Below, one piece after another: positions 20,487 to 30,345 of a DNA stretch of 64,000 nucleotides (the first letter of the stretch is position 1; each line of letters begins with the position of its first letter). Both the position numbers and the translations under genes were made by a program. Below the pieces are notes generated by a model that saw only the letters and a list, made by a program, of their open reading frames with translations, searched no databases and was not told where the DNA came from. The stretch comes from Desulfamplus sp. (GTDB lineage: Bacteria > Desulfobacterota > Desulfobacteria > Desulfobacterales > Desulfobacteraceae): assembly GCA_015231465.1 (NCBI GenBank), contig JADGBO010000001.1, positions 1,552 through 65,551 on the forward strand, read 5' to 3'.

Positions 20487-22916
20487 TTGCAAAATTTTTA
20501 TCATATCAAACGAGATAACAATCCATTGAGAGAAGAGGCATTCACCCTTTCATGCCTGGGGAAACTTTTTCCAGCATCATCCAGGGAGTTAATCAAATGC
20601 GGCAGATGGTTGTCGGAACTGCTTGATCAGATTAATTTTGATGCCCATGAGCAAGACAATAGTCACAAAGATGGCAATGCCTGGAAAGGGAGATCAAAAA
20701 CAGATTATCCATGTAAAATTTTGATTGTCGGCCTGACTGAATCGGGCATTATTCCTGCTTTTTTGATGTACAGGGAGGCAATTATAAGGAGCATGAAAGG
20801 AAAATCCCGCAGGCCACACCTTGTATATTCAACCCGCAGGTCAATTCCTGGAATCCCCTTCAATGAAATCCACTCCCATGGGCCAGACCACATTCTTCCC
20901 ATCAATGGGGGCGGATTTGATGAATTATGGATTGTGGAAGATGAGATAACCAGCGGAAACACAGTGATGAATCTCATGACTGAACTGCAAAACCATATGA
21001 AAATAAAACGAGTCAGGGTATTTGCATTTACAGATTTCAGGAATGATGTGCAAAAGGAAAGATTAATGGAAGTAACCGCTGAAAATGATATCCACTGCAG
21101 CGTCCATATTCCAGTGATCCCTTCCGAAATTTCAGGGTTATCTTTAAATACAAAAACCTTGTCTTCCCATGGAGAAGAACTCTCCCGCCTTCACAACTCC
21201 CCTGGATTATATTTTGGATGCAACCCTTCCAATCCCTTCAATTCCATGGAGTATCCGGGTCATATGCCTGACAACTGGTACCTGCAGCACAGACGACCTG
21301 CCCTTGGAGTGAAGAACGGCATTCTTTTTGATCCTGAATTCTGGCGGGTTTCCCATGAATTTTCAAAGGGATCACTTCTTGTTATTGGCGAATCCGTTGA
21401 TATGGCAGCTTCAATTGTGCTGGCAAATCCCGGAATCTCCTTCCAGCAGATCTCCCTAAGTCCATGGAAAGTTGATAACGAGAATATATTAAGCCGAATG
21501 GAGATTGGTGACAGATATTATCTTTATAACCATAAAAACCTAATGGAGCCTGTTTTTATTCTATATGATCCCGTTGATGCTGATATCGGAATGGATGTCG
21601 TGGAGAAAATGAAATCAAGGGGCATGGATGTCAAGCCCTTTTTACCTGCCATGGAGTTCTCTCCCATTGCCCTGCCGGAGAGAAACGGTGGCCGTTATTC
21701 TGTGGAGCAGCACTGTGGAAATAATTCTGTGCACTGTGGAAATAATTCTGTCGAGCTAAACTGTGGAGATCATTCTGTCAAACAAAACTATGGCGATAAT
21801 TTTGTCGAGATGAACTGTGAAGATGGTTCTGTTCAAGGAAACTTTGGAGATCTTCATATAAAAGCTGCCCTTGGGGATTTATCCCTGAAAGATTGGTGTG
21901 CAGATAAAAATTACGGTGTTCATCCTGTCAATGACCTGACATGGAATCAGATGTTTTACATCAACCTTGAAAAGGAGGTGGATCCCTTCAAGGATAGTCA
22001 TCTGTTCAGGCCCCTTGAAAGAGCCTACAACGGAGACAACACCTTCTGGTCAACCCCTTCGCCGGAGCCGGATCTGGATGATGAATTCTGGCGGGAGATT
22101 CAAATATCCCTGGAAAGAGATGATGCCGTCCAGATGGCAGCCCGTCGACTGGCAGGCGCCATTGCAGAGAGATATCCCGACCCGAAAAATATTGTATTTG
22201 TGTCCATATTGAGGGCCGGTGTTCCCGTAACGGACTGGCTGTGCAGGCTCCTTCCCGGATCCGTCGGTACAGCCATATCCCTGTTTGTGGGGCTTGGCAT
22301 TGACTTGGCTGCCCTTGAAAGGATCCGGCGTGATTTTCCCCATCGCTCCATTATCTTTGTTGATGGCTGGACCGGTCGGGGAGGGGTGGCAAGGGCCATT
22401 GCCCAGATTGGAGCAGGACCCCTTGCCGTACTCATGGATCCCTGGGGATGGGCAGATTTTTCTGGTGTCCAGTCAGATCTGTTCTGCCCTTCGGCCTGCT
22501 TCACAGGTGTAGCCACTCTTGGATTTTCCCGTACTTTTTTCGTTAATAACAAGGATTTTTTTTCCGCATACCGCTTCGCTCCCATGTATACAAAAAGAGA
22601 AGTTGTATGTAGCTGGCAGGGTGCCTGTCCCGAATCTCCCTCATCACCAATGGAACCTGCCGTGACAAAATTTCATGCGAACACTCCTTTAAGAATTCAC
22701 AGCAACGAGGTTTGCCGGGCATTGATAAATGCCGCACCGGAAGAACTTCTTTTTGCCTGTGACAGATCATCTGCCCGGGAGAGATTCAGTCTGCTTCTTG
22801 ACCTTGGTGAGAGGAGATCTGTTCCAGTACAGTTCAATGTGGATTTCCTGAATGAGCTGAAAACAGGTGCGGCATGTACACTTAAAAAAAACCCACCAAC
22901 TGACATAGATAATTGA
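20487..22916 (+). CDS. Fusion of a Ter-associated phosphoribosyltransferase (N) and a StiP-like domain (C)
   Basis: N part: KRDNN, LGK, VGLTESG, EIHSHG, IVEDEITSGNT. C part: VSILRAGVP, FVDGWTGRG, DLFCPSACF, GFSRT. TTG start. Confidence 0.7.
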   Translation: MQNFYHIKRDNNPLREEAFTLSCLGKLFPASSRELIKCGRWLSELLDQINFDAHEQDNSHKDGNAWKGRSKTDYPCKILIVGLTESGIIPAFLMYREAIIRSMKGKSRRPHLVYSTRRSIPGIPFNEIHSHGPDHILPINGGGFDELWIVEDEITSGNTVMNLMTELQNHMKIKRVRVFAFTDFRNDVQKERLMEVTAENDIHCSVHIPVIPSEISGLSLNTKTLSSHGEELSRLHNSPGLYFGCNPSNPFNSMEYPGHMPDNWYLQHRRPALGVKNGILFDPEFWRVSHEFSKGSLLVIGESVDMAASIVLANPGISFQQISLSPWKVDNENILSRMEIGDRYYLYNHKNLMEPVFILYDPVDADIGMDVVEKMKSRGMDVKPFLPAMEFSPIALPERNGGRYSVEQHCGNNSVHCGNNSVELNCGDHSVKQNYGDNFVEMNCEDGSVQGNFGDLHIKAALGDLSLKDWCADKNYGVHPVNDLTWNQMFYINLEKEVDPFKDSHLFRPLERAYNGDNTFWSTPSPEPDLDDEFWREIQISLERDDAVQMAARRLAGAIAERYPDPKNIVFVSILRAGVPVTDWLCRLLPGSVGTAISLFVGLGIDLAALERIRRDFPHRSIIFVDGWTGRGGVARAIAQIGAGPLAVLMDPWGWADFSGVQSDLFCPSACFTGVATLGFSRTFFVNNKDFFSAYRFAPMYTKREVVCSWQGACPESPSSPMEPAVTKFHANTPLRIHSNEVCRALINAAPEELLFACDRSSARERFSLLLDLGERRSVPVQFNVDFLNELKTGAACTLKKNPPTDIDN
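21695..21860 (+). repeat. In-frame ~30-bp degenerate repeats (SVExNCGD-like) in the linker
   Basis: ATTCTGT.GAG...AACTGTGGA(A/G)AT-like units. Confidence 0.8.
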
Positions 22917-22943
22917 TTTATTTTTTCATAGAGAGCACTTTGA

Positions 22944-23057
22944 GGGTCATAAATCATGATTGCATCACAATCACCTCATATGGGTCATAAATCATGATTG
23001 CATCACAATCACCTCATATGGGTCATAAATCATGATTGCATCACAATCACCTCATAT
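22944..23057. repeat. Perfect 3 x 38-bp tandem repeat
   Basis: GGGTCATAAATCATGATTGCATCACAATCACCTCATAT three times with no spacers; degenerate fourth copy at ~23191..23222. Confidence 0.95.
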
Positions 23058-23158
23058 AACGGCCATGCCCTTTCGGGCACATCGAAGCATGAAAGTTGTT
23101 ACTATTCCCCCTCTCCATTCATGGAGAGGGGGCCAGGGGGTGAGGTAGACTTTCATAT
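23055..23158 (-). mobile_element. Family B unit (inverted)
   Basis: Reverse complement of 17680..17783. Confidence 0.88.
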
Positions 23159-23327
23159 AAAAATGAAAAGGTGATACATTTGCAAGACAAACCATCATGA
23201 TTGCGTCACCATTAACCCATATAATGAAAATGTGATACATTTTCACGATAAAGTAAGGAGAGAAATGGGTAAGTTATTTCGGACTCTTTGCTGACTGAAC
23301 GTTTTAATGTGTCACATTCGATATTCA

Positions 23328-23638
23328 TATAGATTTCCAGATAAATAATTTGCAGAACCTCTGCTTCAAGGCCGCAAATATTGGGCTTGGGTCGCCAATA
23401 TAGTTTTCTGGAGTACTTACTTCCAGGGAAGTTTGGCTGCTGTCGAATTGAATATCAGAGGCTGGGCACTCATTCACAATTTCGCCCCGTGCAACCCTCA
23501 AACGGTAAAAACGCATGGCGGGTTGAAAAGCCAGACAGAATGGCTCAACAAAGCCTTTTATCATGAAAATTGGCTCCAAAATCTGTTTTCATCCTCGTCA
23601 ATGGCGGGGGATAGGAACCCGCCCCCTAATCCGTTATA
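23328..23638. mobile_element. Cluster: family D copy, AGGCT..AGCCT-ended segment, divergent family B unit
   Basis: 23328..23416 resembles 15265..15357; 23563..23638 is ATGAAAAT..TTTTCAT-CCTCG..hairpin..CGTTATA. Confidence 0.6.
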
Positions 23639-23652
23639 GCCAGGCATATTGC

Positions 23653-25506
23653 TTATCTTTTACATGCCCCACATTGACTGCAATTATCAAAAGGACAATC
23701 CGGAGAAATTATTTCATTTTGGGCCTGCTGGTACTCTCTGACGAGAAAACTTTTTTTGATGCCGGTATCTAATATATCCCAGGGCAGGGGAGAGTCTGGA
23801 GACATGGGGTGGTGTATGGTGGGCAGGATCTTGATGTGGTCAGGGTGTTTAAGGGCTTTGGACCATCCAATGTCAAGTGCGGTTTCCAGAACATGGGACA
23901 TGCGTCGATCTCCCATGGAGAGAAGGGCATTTATGTAAGCCGTTTTTGGAGATTCACTGTTCACGGCAATGTTACCTTCCCTTTTGAGTCCATCTCTGAT
24001 TTTTTTCACTTTTTTTTTGTAAATGGCAGGAATCTCCATGGCAGCCCACTGGAACGGGGTAGAAGGTTTGGGTATGAAGGGGTTGATGCTCAGTGTTATT
24101 GTGCCGATTTTCTTCTGTTTTCGACTCGCTTCAAGAAACACCTGTTTTATTTTAAGTGTCAGTTCCACTATTTCAGTGATGTCTCCATCTGTTTCAAAGG
24201 GAAGGCCGGTCATGAAATAGAGTTTTATGTTGTGAATACCGTGTTCCACAATGCGCTTGACCGCAGACAGAATCTGGGGTTCAGTAATTTTTTTGTTTAT
24301 GATACGCCTCATGCGCTCGGATCCGGCCTCCGGTGCAATGGTGGCGGTCTTTACTCCGGATTGTACAAGGGATAAAAGAGTCTCATCCGTTAGATTGTCC
24401 AATCTTAATGAACTGAATGATATCTTTTGGCCATTGGTAATACCTGCTGCGCATATTGTGTTGATCTTTGGATGGTCAGACACAGATGCCCCCACAAGAC
24501 CTATTTTGTCTGTCATGGCAAGGGCATGATCCATAGCTTTTATAATTATATGGTCAGGGTAGAATCGGGCAGGGCGATAGATGAATCCCGCACTGCAGAA
24601 TCGGCATCCATGGGGACAACCCCGGCCGGTTTCAATGAGAACTGTGTTTTTGAATGCAGTGTCGGGGGTGATAATTGTGGTAGCCGTGGTTGTATGGGAT
24701 AGATCCAGGGTGCGCTGGATCTCAGGCCTGGGAATGTCGTCATGGAGGTTCTCTGTTTTTAAAAGGAGCTCTCTGCCTTGTGCCATATGGTATACCGGTT
24801 GATATAAGGAAGGGACATAGGCCCCTTTTACGGTTTTGGCAATCTCCTTTAAAATTGCCTGTTTTGGAGATTCTTCACCATCTCCAGGGATTAATGCCGG
24901 GTGGATGTGAGCATGGTTTTGATCTATGTATCGGCAGGAAATTACGGCTATGAACCGGCTGATCATCTCCTCGGATTCACCGAGCAAAAAAAAGTCCATG
25001 AAGGGGGCCACAGGTTCTGGATTGAGAAAACAGGCCACCCCGCCCGCTATTATAAGTGGGCAGGAGGAGAGAGACTCGTCTCTATCTCTTGATCTCAGTG
25101 GAATATGGGCATCTTTCAGGATGGATATGAGATTTAGAAAATCATTCTCAAAAGAAACTGAAAAGGCAATAATATCGTAGTCGGAGAGGGAGATGCCGGA
25201 TTCAATGCTTTTAATGTCGGATTTGATGCTTTTAAAGCCGTATTTGATTCTTTTAATATCCGATTTAACAATATTTTCAAGTCTGGACTCAATGTTTTTA
25301 AGGGGGGGGGCAAGGAAGAAACGATGGCAGGCAACATGATCATGGGCATTAAAAAGAGAATAAACAGTCTGGAATCCCAGGTTTGACATTCCTGCTCCAT
25401 AGCTGTTGGGATAGACAAGAGCGATGTTTAACGCTCCCTTTTTTTTGGACGTCACATGCCCACGCTCCATGGGATGTCTGTCCATTGCCCATTGTCCATT
25501 ATCCAT
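23653..25506 (-). CDS. B12-binding-domain radical SAM protein
   Basis: YPNSYGAGMSNLG, ETGRGCPHGCRFC, APEAGSERMR, FIPKPSTPFQW, C-terminal CxxCGAC; start uncertain. Confidence 0.9.
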   Translation of the reverse strand: MDNGQWAMDRHPMERGHVTSKKKGALNIALVYPNSYGAGMSNLGFQTVYSLFNAHDHVACHRFFLAPPLKNIESRLENIVKSDIKRIKYGFKSIKSDIKSIESGISLSDYDIIAFSVSFENDFLNLISILKDAHIPLRSRDRDESLSSCPLIIAGGVACFLNPEPVAPFMDFFLLGESEEMISRFIAVISCRYIDQNHAHIHPALIPGDGEESPKQAILKEIAKTVKGAYVPSLYQPVYHMAQGRELLLKTENLHDDIPRPEIQRTLDLSHTTTATTIITPDTAFKNTVLIETGRGCPHGCRFCSAGFIYRPARFYPDHIIIKAMDHALAMTDKIGLVGASVSDHPKINTICAAGITNGQKISFSSLRLDNLTDETLLSLVQSGVKTATIAPEAGSERMRRIINKKITEPQILSAVKRIVEHGIHNIKLYFMTGLPFETDGDITEIVELTLKIKQVFLEASRKQKKIGTITLSINPFIPKPSTPFQWAAMEIPAIYKKKVKKIRDGLKREGNIAVNSESPKTAYINALLSMGDRRMSHVLETALDIGWSKALKHPDHIKILPTIHHPMSPDSPLPWDILDTGIKKSFLVREYQQAQNEIISPDCPFDNCSQCGACKR

Positions 25507-25545
25507 TACCTATTATCCATTGCCCATTACCTATTGTCCATTATC
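25481..25545. repeat. Heptamer tandem repeat, C(C/T)ATT(G/A)(T/C), about 9 copies
   Basis: tccattgcccattgtccattatccattacctattatccattgcccattacctattgtccattatc. Confidence 0.9.
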
Positions 25546-25621
25546 TCCCCCCCTACTTCTTGATTTTCAGGGGGGGGCTTTTTTTTATCACAGCTATTTT
25601 TCCCATTATTGCCCAGGTTTT

Positions 25622-26842
25622 TCAATCCGCCTTCCTGCGAAGAAATGTGGGGATCTCAAGATTTTCACTGTCCGCAAAATGACGGTTGATATTCCTTCCA
25701 TCTTCGTTGGCAACTCTCTTGACCACCTTGGTTGAGACAACAGGAACTTCTTCATCCCAGCTCTCCAACTCTTCCTGGGTGGGACTTCTAAGCTTTCCAT
25801 GTGTTTCCCGTTCCTGGATTTCCGTCCTAATGTTTTTTTTCTGACGGGGTTTATTTATTGGAAGCACATTGGGCGGTTTTATATCATCCTGTCCTATTCC
25901 GGTTGCAATGACCGTTATCCGCATTTCGTCTCCAAGGCTCTCATCAAATGTCTGGCCCCAGATGATCTCGGCATCGTCTCCGACCTCCTGATGGATGCGG
26001 TCAGAGGCTTCAGTCATCTCCTCCATTGTAATGTCTGTACTGCATGTTATGTTCATGAGAACCCCCCGTGCACCGGCAATGGAAATATCCTCAAGAAGGG
26101 GATGGGAGATGGCTTTTTCCGCAGCCTCAATTGCCCTGTTCTCTCCACTCGCAATACCTATTCCCATGAGGGCCATACCTGCTTTGGACATTGTGGTTTT
26201 GACATCAGCAAAGTCCAGGTTAACAAGACCGGTAAGCATGATAAGATCTGTGATGCCCTTGACTGAGTGATGGAGAATCTCATCGGCCTTGATGAACATG
26301 TCCACAAGGCGGGTACCCTGACCTGCAAGACCCCTGAGCCGGTCGTTGGGAATGGTTATGACGGTGTCGGTGATATCCTTGAGATTATTAATTCCTTCAT
26401 CGGCCTGCATGGCCCGTTTTTTACCTTCAAAGGAAAAGGGTTTGGATACCACGGCGACGGTGAGAATGCCCAGATCCTTACATATTTCCGCAATGACCGG
26501 AGCCGCTCCAGTACCTGTTCCTCCGCCAAAGCCGGCAGTTATGAATACCATGTGACTGTCTTTCAGCGCTTCCCTTATCTGATCTATATTTTCAAGTGCG
26601 GCATCTCTTCCTATGTTGGGATTGGCACCTGCTCCAAGACCCTGAGTCAGTTGTGCGCCGAGCTGTATTTTATGTTCCGCTTTTGAGATGTCAAGAGCCT
26701 GGGCATCTGTGTTGGCAACAATGAATTTGACACCATGGAGATTACAGTCAATCATGTTGTTAACTGCATTTCCACCGGCACCTCCCACACCAATGACCTT
26801 GATCTTGGTTGGAGTTTCATTTTCCATGTAAGAAAAATTCAT
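25622..26842 (-). CDS. ftsZ: Cell division protein FtsZ
   Basis: GVGGAGGNAVN, GGGTGTG, NLDFADV, C-terminal IPTFLRR. Confidence 0.98.
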   Translation of the reverse strand: MNFSYMENETPTKIKVIGVGGAGGNAVNNMIDCNLHGVKFIVANTDAQALDISKAEHKIQLGAQLTQGLGAGANPNIGRDAALENIDQIREALKDSHMVFITAGFGGGTGTGAAPVIAEICKDLGILTVAVVSKPFSFEGKKRAMQADEGINNLKDITDTVITIPNDRLRGLAGQGTRLVDMFIKADEILHHSVKGITDLIMLTGLVNLDFADVKTTMSKAGMALMGIGIASGENRAIEAAEKAISHPLLEDISIAGARGVLMNITCSTDITMEEMTEASDRIHQEVGDDAEIIWGQTFDESLGDEMRITVIATGIGQDDIKPPNVLPINKPRQKKNIRTEIQERETHGKLRSPTQEELESWDEEVPVVSTKVVKRVANEDGRNINRHFADSENLEIPTFLRRKAD

Positions 26843-27014
26843 AAATTTCCCCCTTTTTAATCGTTAATAAAAGTATTTTGATTTTTTATTGGAAAGTCTA
26901 TATAAGAATTTGTTTTTAAAAGACTTTCATGTATGGTTATGATCCGTCGGTCATCATGACGGTTTATTTAAAACCTGTAGTGGCGAATAATCATTCGCCA
27001 ATGCGTATTATTAT

Positions 27015-28241
27015 TTATAATATGTCCTTAAACCACTGTTTCATACGTTCCAGCAGATTTGAAAAACTTATACTGCTATCTTGTTTTATTGGCATTTTAG
27101 GAACGTTTTTACTGCCGTAGATGACAAGTCCCACACCGGTTGCAAATGCTGGATTTTTAACAACATCCTTAAGACCACCTATGTTTTCCGGCTGGCCTAT
27201 CCGGACCGGCACTTCAAATACGGACTCTACAATTTCTGCGATGCCGTCCAGCATGGCACTGCCTCCGGTGAGAACCAGCCCCGATGGAAATGAATTTTCA
27301 AGGCCGTTGCTGTAAATTTCGCTTTTCAGGATGGAGAACATCTCCTCCACACGAGGCTCCAGGATTTCAGCCATGACCGACCTTGAAACGGTTCTGAACT
27401 CCTTTGCCCCTACTGTTTTCACTTCAATGGTTTCTCCATTTTTTATGTTTTCCGCAAGGCAGGTTCCGTGCTCCAGCTTGATCTTTTCAGCTTCGGTAAG
27501 GGGAGTTCGCAGACCGATGGAGATATCGTTGGTCATATTATGGCCGCCCAGTGTCAGCTCAAAGGTGTGCTTGATGTGGTTTCCCTTGAACAATGCAAGA
27601 TCTGTTGTTCCTCCACCGATGTCAGCCAGTGCGCATCCCAGATCTTTCTCTTCACGGCTTAGTACAGCTTCGCCCGAAGCAAGTGACTCAAGGACAATGT
27701 CGCACACTTCAAGATTGGCCATGTTACAGCATTTGATTATATTTCTTGCAGAGGAGACGGCTCCAGTCACAATGTGTATTTTTGTTTCCAGACGAACCCC
27801 TGTCATTCCAAGTGGGTTCTGGATCGCCTCCTGATCATCCACAATGAACTCCTGGGGGATGATATGGATGGTCTCTCTGTCCATGGGAATTGCCACGGCA
27901 CTGGCCGCTTCAATTACCCTGTCCACATCCTGGCGGGTAATCTCCCTGCTTTTGATGGCAATGATACCGTGGCTGTTGAATCCCTTGATGTGGCCACCGG
28001 CAATCCCCACATATACCGATGATATCTCACACCCTGCCATGAATTCGGCTTCCTTTACCGCTTTTTTAATGGACTCCACTGTGGCATCAATGTTGACAAC
28101 TGCCCCTTTTCTCAACCCCACCGAAGGATGTGACCCCATGCCGATGATGTTTATTGAACCGTCAACCACTTCTCCCACAACAGCACATATTTTTGTTGTG
28201 CCTATGTCCAGGCCCACGATGATTCTCTCTTGTTCCTGCAA
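27015..28241 (-). CDS. ftsA: Cell division protein FtsA
   Basis: GLDIGTTKIC, DIGGGTTD, VLTGG; TTG start. Confidence 0.97.
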   Translation of the reverse strand: MQEQERIIVGLDIGTTKICAVVGEVVDGSINIIGMGSHPSVGLRKGAVVNIDATVESIKKAVKEAEFMAGCEISSVYVGIAGGHIKGFNSHGIIAIKSREITRQDVDRVIEAASAVAIPMDRETIHIIPQEFIVDDQEAIQNPLGMTGVRLETKIHIVTGAVSSARNIIKCCNMANLEVCDIVLESLASGEAVLSREEKDLGCALADIGGGTTDLALFKGNHIKHTFELTLGGHNMTNDISIGLRTPLTEAEKIKLEHGTCLAENIKNGETIEVKTVGAKEFRTVSRSVMAEILEPRVEEMFSILKSEIYSNGLENSFPSGLVLTGGSAMLDGIAEIVESVFEVPVRIGQPENIGGLKDVVKNPAFATGVGLVIYGSKNVPKMPIKQDSSISFSNLLERMKQWFKDIL

Positions 28242-28242
28242 A

Positions 28243-29259
28243 TCAGACTCCTCCCTGTAGGCTTCCCAGCAGCCGATCCCCTTTTATGATCTGAATGACA
28301 ATGTTTTCGGGGTTTATTAAATCAATTGAACATATCTGCTTATCAGGACTGTTTTCTTGCATATATTTAACTATATGTCTAATTTTTTTCAGCTTTTCCT
28401 TAAAATTATCAAAACCCAGGTTTATTGTAACCATTGGTTCATAAGGAATCTGTCCATTGTGAGGGAATGGCTCCTGGGGAATCTGCTGAATCGTACCTTT
28501 TATTTCCATACCGGTCTCGCTGTCCACGGATATGGTATTAATATCCATCTCTTCTTTGTCCATGTACAGAATTTCCATTACAGCCTTGTGAAGTCTGCCT
28601 GAAAAACTGTATTGACCATTTTCGTCAAGGTGGAGTTTCAACCCTTTTACAATGGGCAGCGGCCGGAGAGAATCAGGCGCATTGAATTTTTGCGTACTGG
28701 AGTATGGAGTGCTGGAGTATGGAGTTCTGGAGTCTTGGGAGCTGGAGATGTGCAATTGGGATAATATATGGTAAACATCACCGCCCATGCCGTCGTTTTC
28801 CGAAAAAGGCTCTCCTTTGACATTCATTATGATATCTGCGGTCTCTTCAATCCTAACCAGGGCAATGGCCTTCTGTTCCCTTACTGTGATGGCAATTTCC
28901 GATGGAAGCACCCTTTTTACCGCCGCATCTTCAATCCATGGGTGTGATATGAGTTTGAGCCTCACATGTTTCAGGTTCAGATCCAGGATATTGTCACCCG
29001 TGTGGATATCTGCCTGTTCAATTATTTCTTTTGACGGGATGAGGAGATTACCGGAAACAGAGACACTGGAGAGTGAAAAAGTACTGGATTGTGTTGCGGC
29101 ATTTTCCACAAAGATGAAAAACAGTGTGGTCACTGTCAGGAGAATTATCAAAAAAATCACCTTAAGCCCCACTTCAAGGGGGCCCATGAAATCAATTGAC
29201 GGAACAGATGAACCCCCTGTGGGCGGGCGATAGCGGTTCTCTTTTTTCTTTTTGTTCAT
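28243..29259 (-). CDS. ftsQ: Cell division protein FtsQ/DivIB
   Basis: One TM helix, POTRA-type region (VSGN..PWIEDAAVKRVLP), position in the dcw cluster. Confidence 0.85.
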   Translation of the reverse strand: MNKKKKENRYRPPTGGSSVPSIDFMGPLEVGLKVIFLIILLTVTTLFFIFVENAATQSSTFSLSSVSVSGNLLIPSKEIIEQADIHTGDNILDLNLKHVRLKLISHPWIEDAAVKRVLPSEIAITVREQKAIALVRIEETADIIMNVKGEPFSENDGMGGDVYHILSQLHISSSQDSRTPYSSTPYSSTQKFNAPDSLRPLPIVKGLKLHLDENGQYSFSGRLHKAVMEILYMDKEEMDINTISVDSETGMEIKGTIQQIPQEPFPHNGQIPYEPMVTINLGFDNFKEKLKKIRHIVKYMQENSPDKQICSIDLINPENIVIQIIKGDRLLGSLQGGV

Positions 29260-29262
29260 TGC

Positions 29263-30345
29263 CTATTCCCCTTTTATGGTAACTTCGGATGCCAGGATTA
29301 TGCCAAAGTCCTTTTCAACCCTTGCCGTTATGATATCCATGAGGGCCAGGATATCCCCTGCAGATGCATTGCCCAGATTAACAATGAAGTTGGCATGGAT
29401 ATCCGATACCATGGCATCTCCCACTCTTCTTTTTTTCAAACCGGCCATGTCAATAAGTTCCCCTGCTGGTTTTCCGCCGGCAGGATTTTTGAAAAAACAT
29501 CCGGCACATGGCAGACCATGGGGCTGGGAGAGCTTTCTTTTCTCCATGATGGCCTGCCAGGATTCCATGATTTTTTGTCTGTCAGTTTTTTGAAGCAGAA
29601 AAGAACCCTTAAGTATGATGGGGAGCTTAGCTGTGGATATCGCTTTTGCATTTTTTTCCTTTAAGACCCCATTTTTTTTTACACGGTCATTTTGCTGCAT
29701 CTCCCGACTCCCAAGGGATGAAGCAGAAAATTCGAGATGTCTGTGGGAAAAGTAGAGCTGATCCTTTGCCACTGTTTTGATTGTACCGTCCCCATCAAGT
29801 ACCTCTATGGACTGAAGGTGGCTGGATATGGTGCCGGTGCCTGTTCCTGCATTCATGGCAATGGCACCACCTACGGTACCGGGAATTCCTGCTGCAAAAC
29901 TCAGATCACCAAGGCCTTCAGACATTGTTTTTCTGCAAAGCCTCGCCAGTATTGTTCCGGCTGATGCAGTAACCATATATTGGCTGTTTTCATTGCCGTT
30001 ATTATTTTTATGATCGTTGCTTTGGAGTTGTATAGAGATCTCGTTTTTAAATCCAGCCAGGGAAATTACAACTCCCCTTATGCCCCTGTCCCGAACCAGA
30101 ATGTTGGTGCCGCCGCCCATTATGGTACAGGGGATTCCGTTGGATCGGGCGATTTCAACTACCTGCCCGAGTGCACGCATATCCCCGGGTTGTACAAAGT
30201 AATCCGCAGGTCCTCCCACTTTGAAAGATGTGTAGGGTTTCAGGGGCACATCCATGCGGACATTCAGTTTTGCTGGAAACGGGTTTTTATTGTGACATGA
30301 TTTCAATGAACTGTTCTCCCAGTGTATAGACATTTCCGGCACCAA
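29263..30345 (-). CDS. murB: UDP-N-acetylmuramate dehydrogenase (start uncertain)
   Basis: TSFKVGGPA, GGGTNILV, GIPGTVGGAIAMNAG, AGCFFKNP, HANFIVN. Confidence 0.94.
   Translation of the reverse strand: MVPEMSIHWENSSLKSCHNKNPFPAKLNVRMDVPLKPYTSFKVGGPADYFVQPGDMRALGQVVEIARSNGIPCTIMGGGTNILVRDRGIRGVVISLAGFKNEISIQLQSNDHKNNNGNENSQYMVTASAGTILARLCRKTMSEGLGDLSFAAGIPGTVGGAIAMNAGTGTGTISSHLQSIEVLDGDGTIKTVAKDQLYFSHRHLEFSASSLGSREMQQNDRVKKNGVLKEKNAKAISTAKLPIILKGSFLLQKTDRQKIMESWQAIMEKRKLSQPHGLPCAGCFFKNPAGGKPAGELIDMAGLKKRRVGDAMVSDIHANFIVNLGNASAGDILALMDIITARVEKDFGIILASEVTIKGE

Noticed and set aside
22944-23057. CRISPR array
   Set aside because: The 38-bp units are contiguous with no spacers, and there are no cas genes.
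29259-29263. Absence of ddl between murB and ftsQ
   Set aside because: ddl often lies outside the dcw cluster; loss cannot be inferred from one window.
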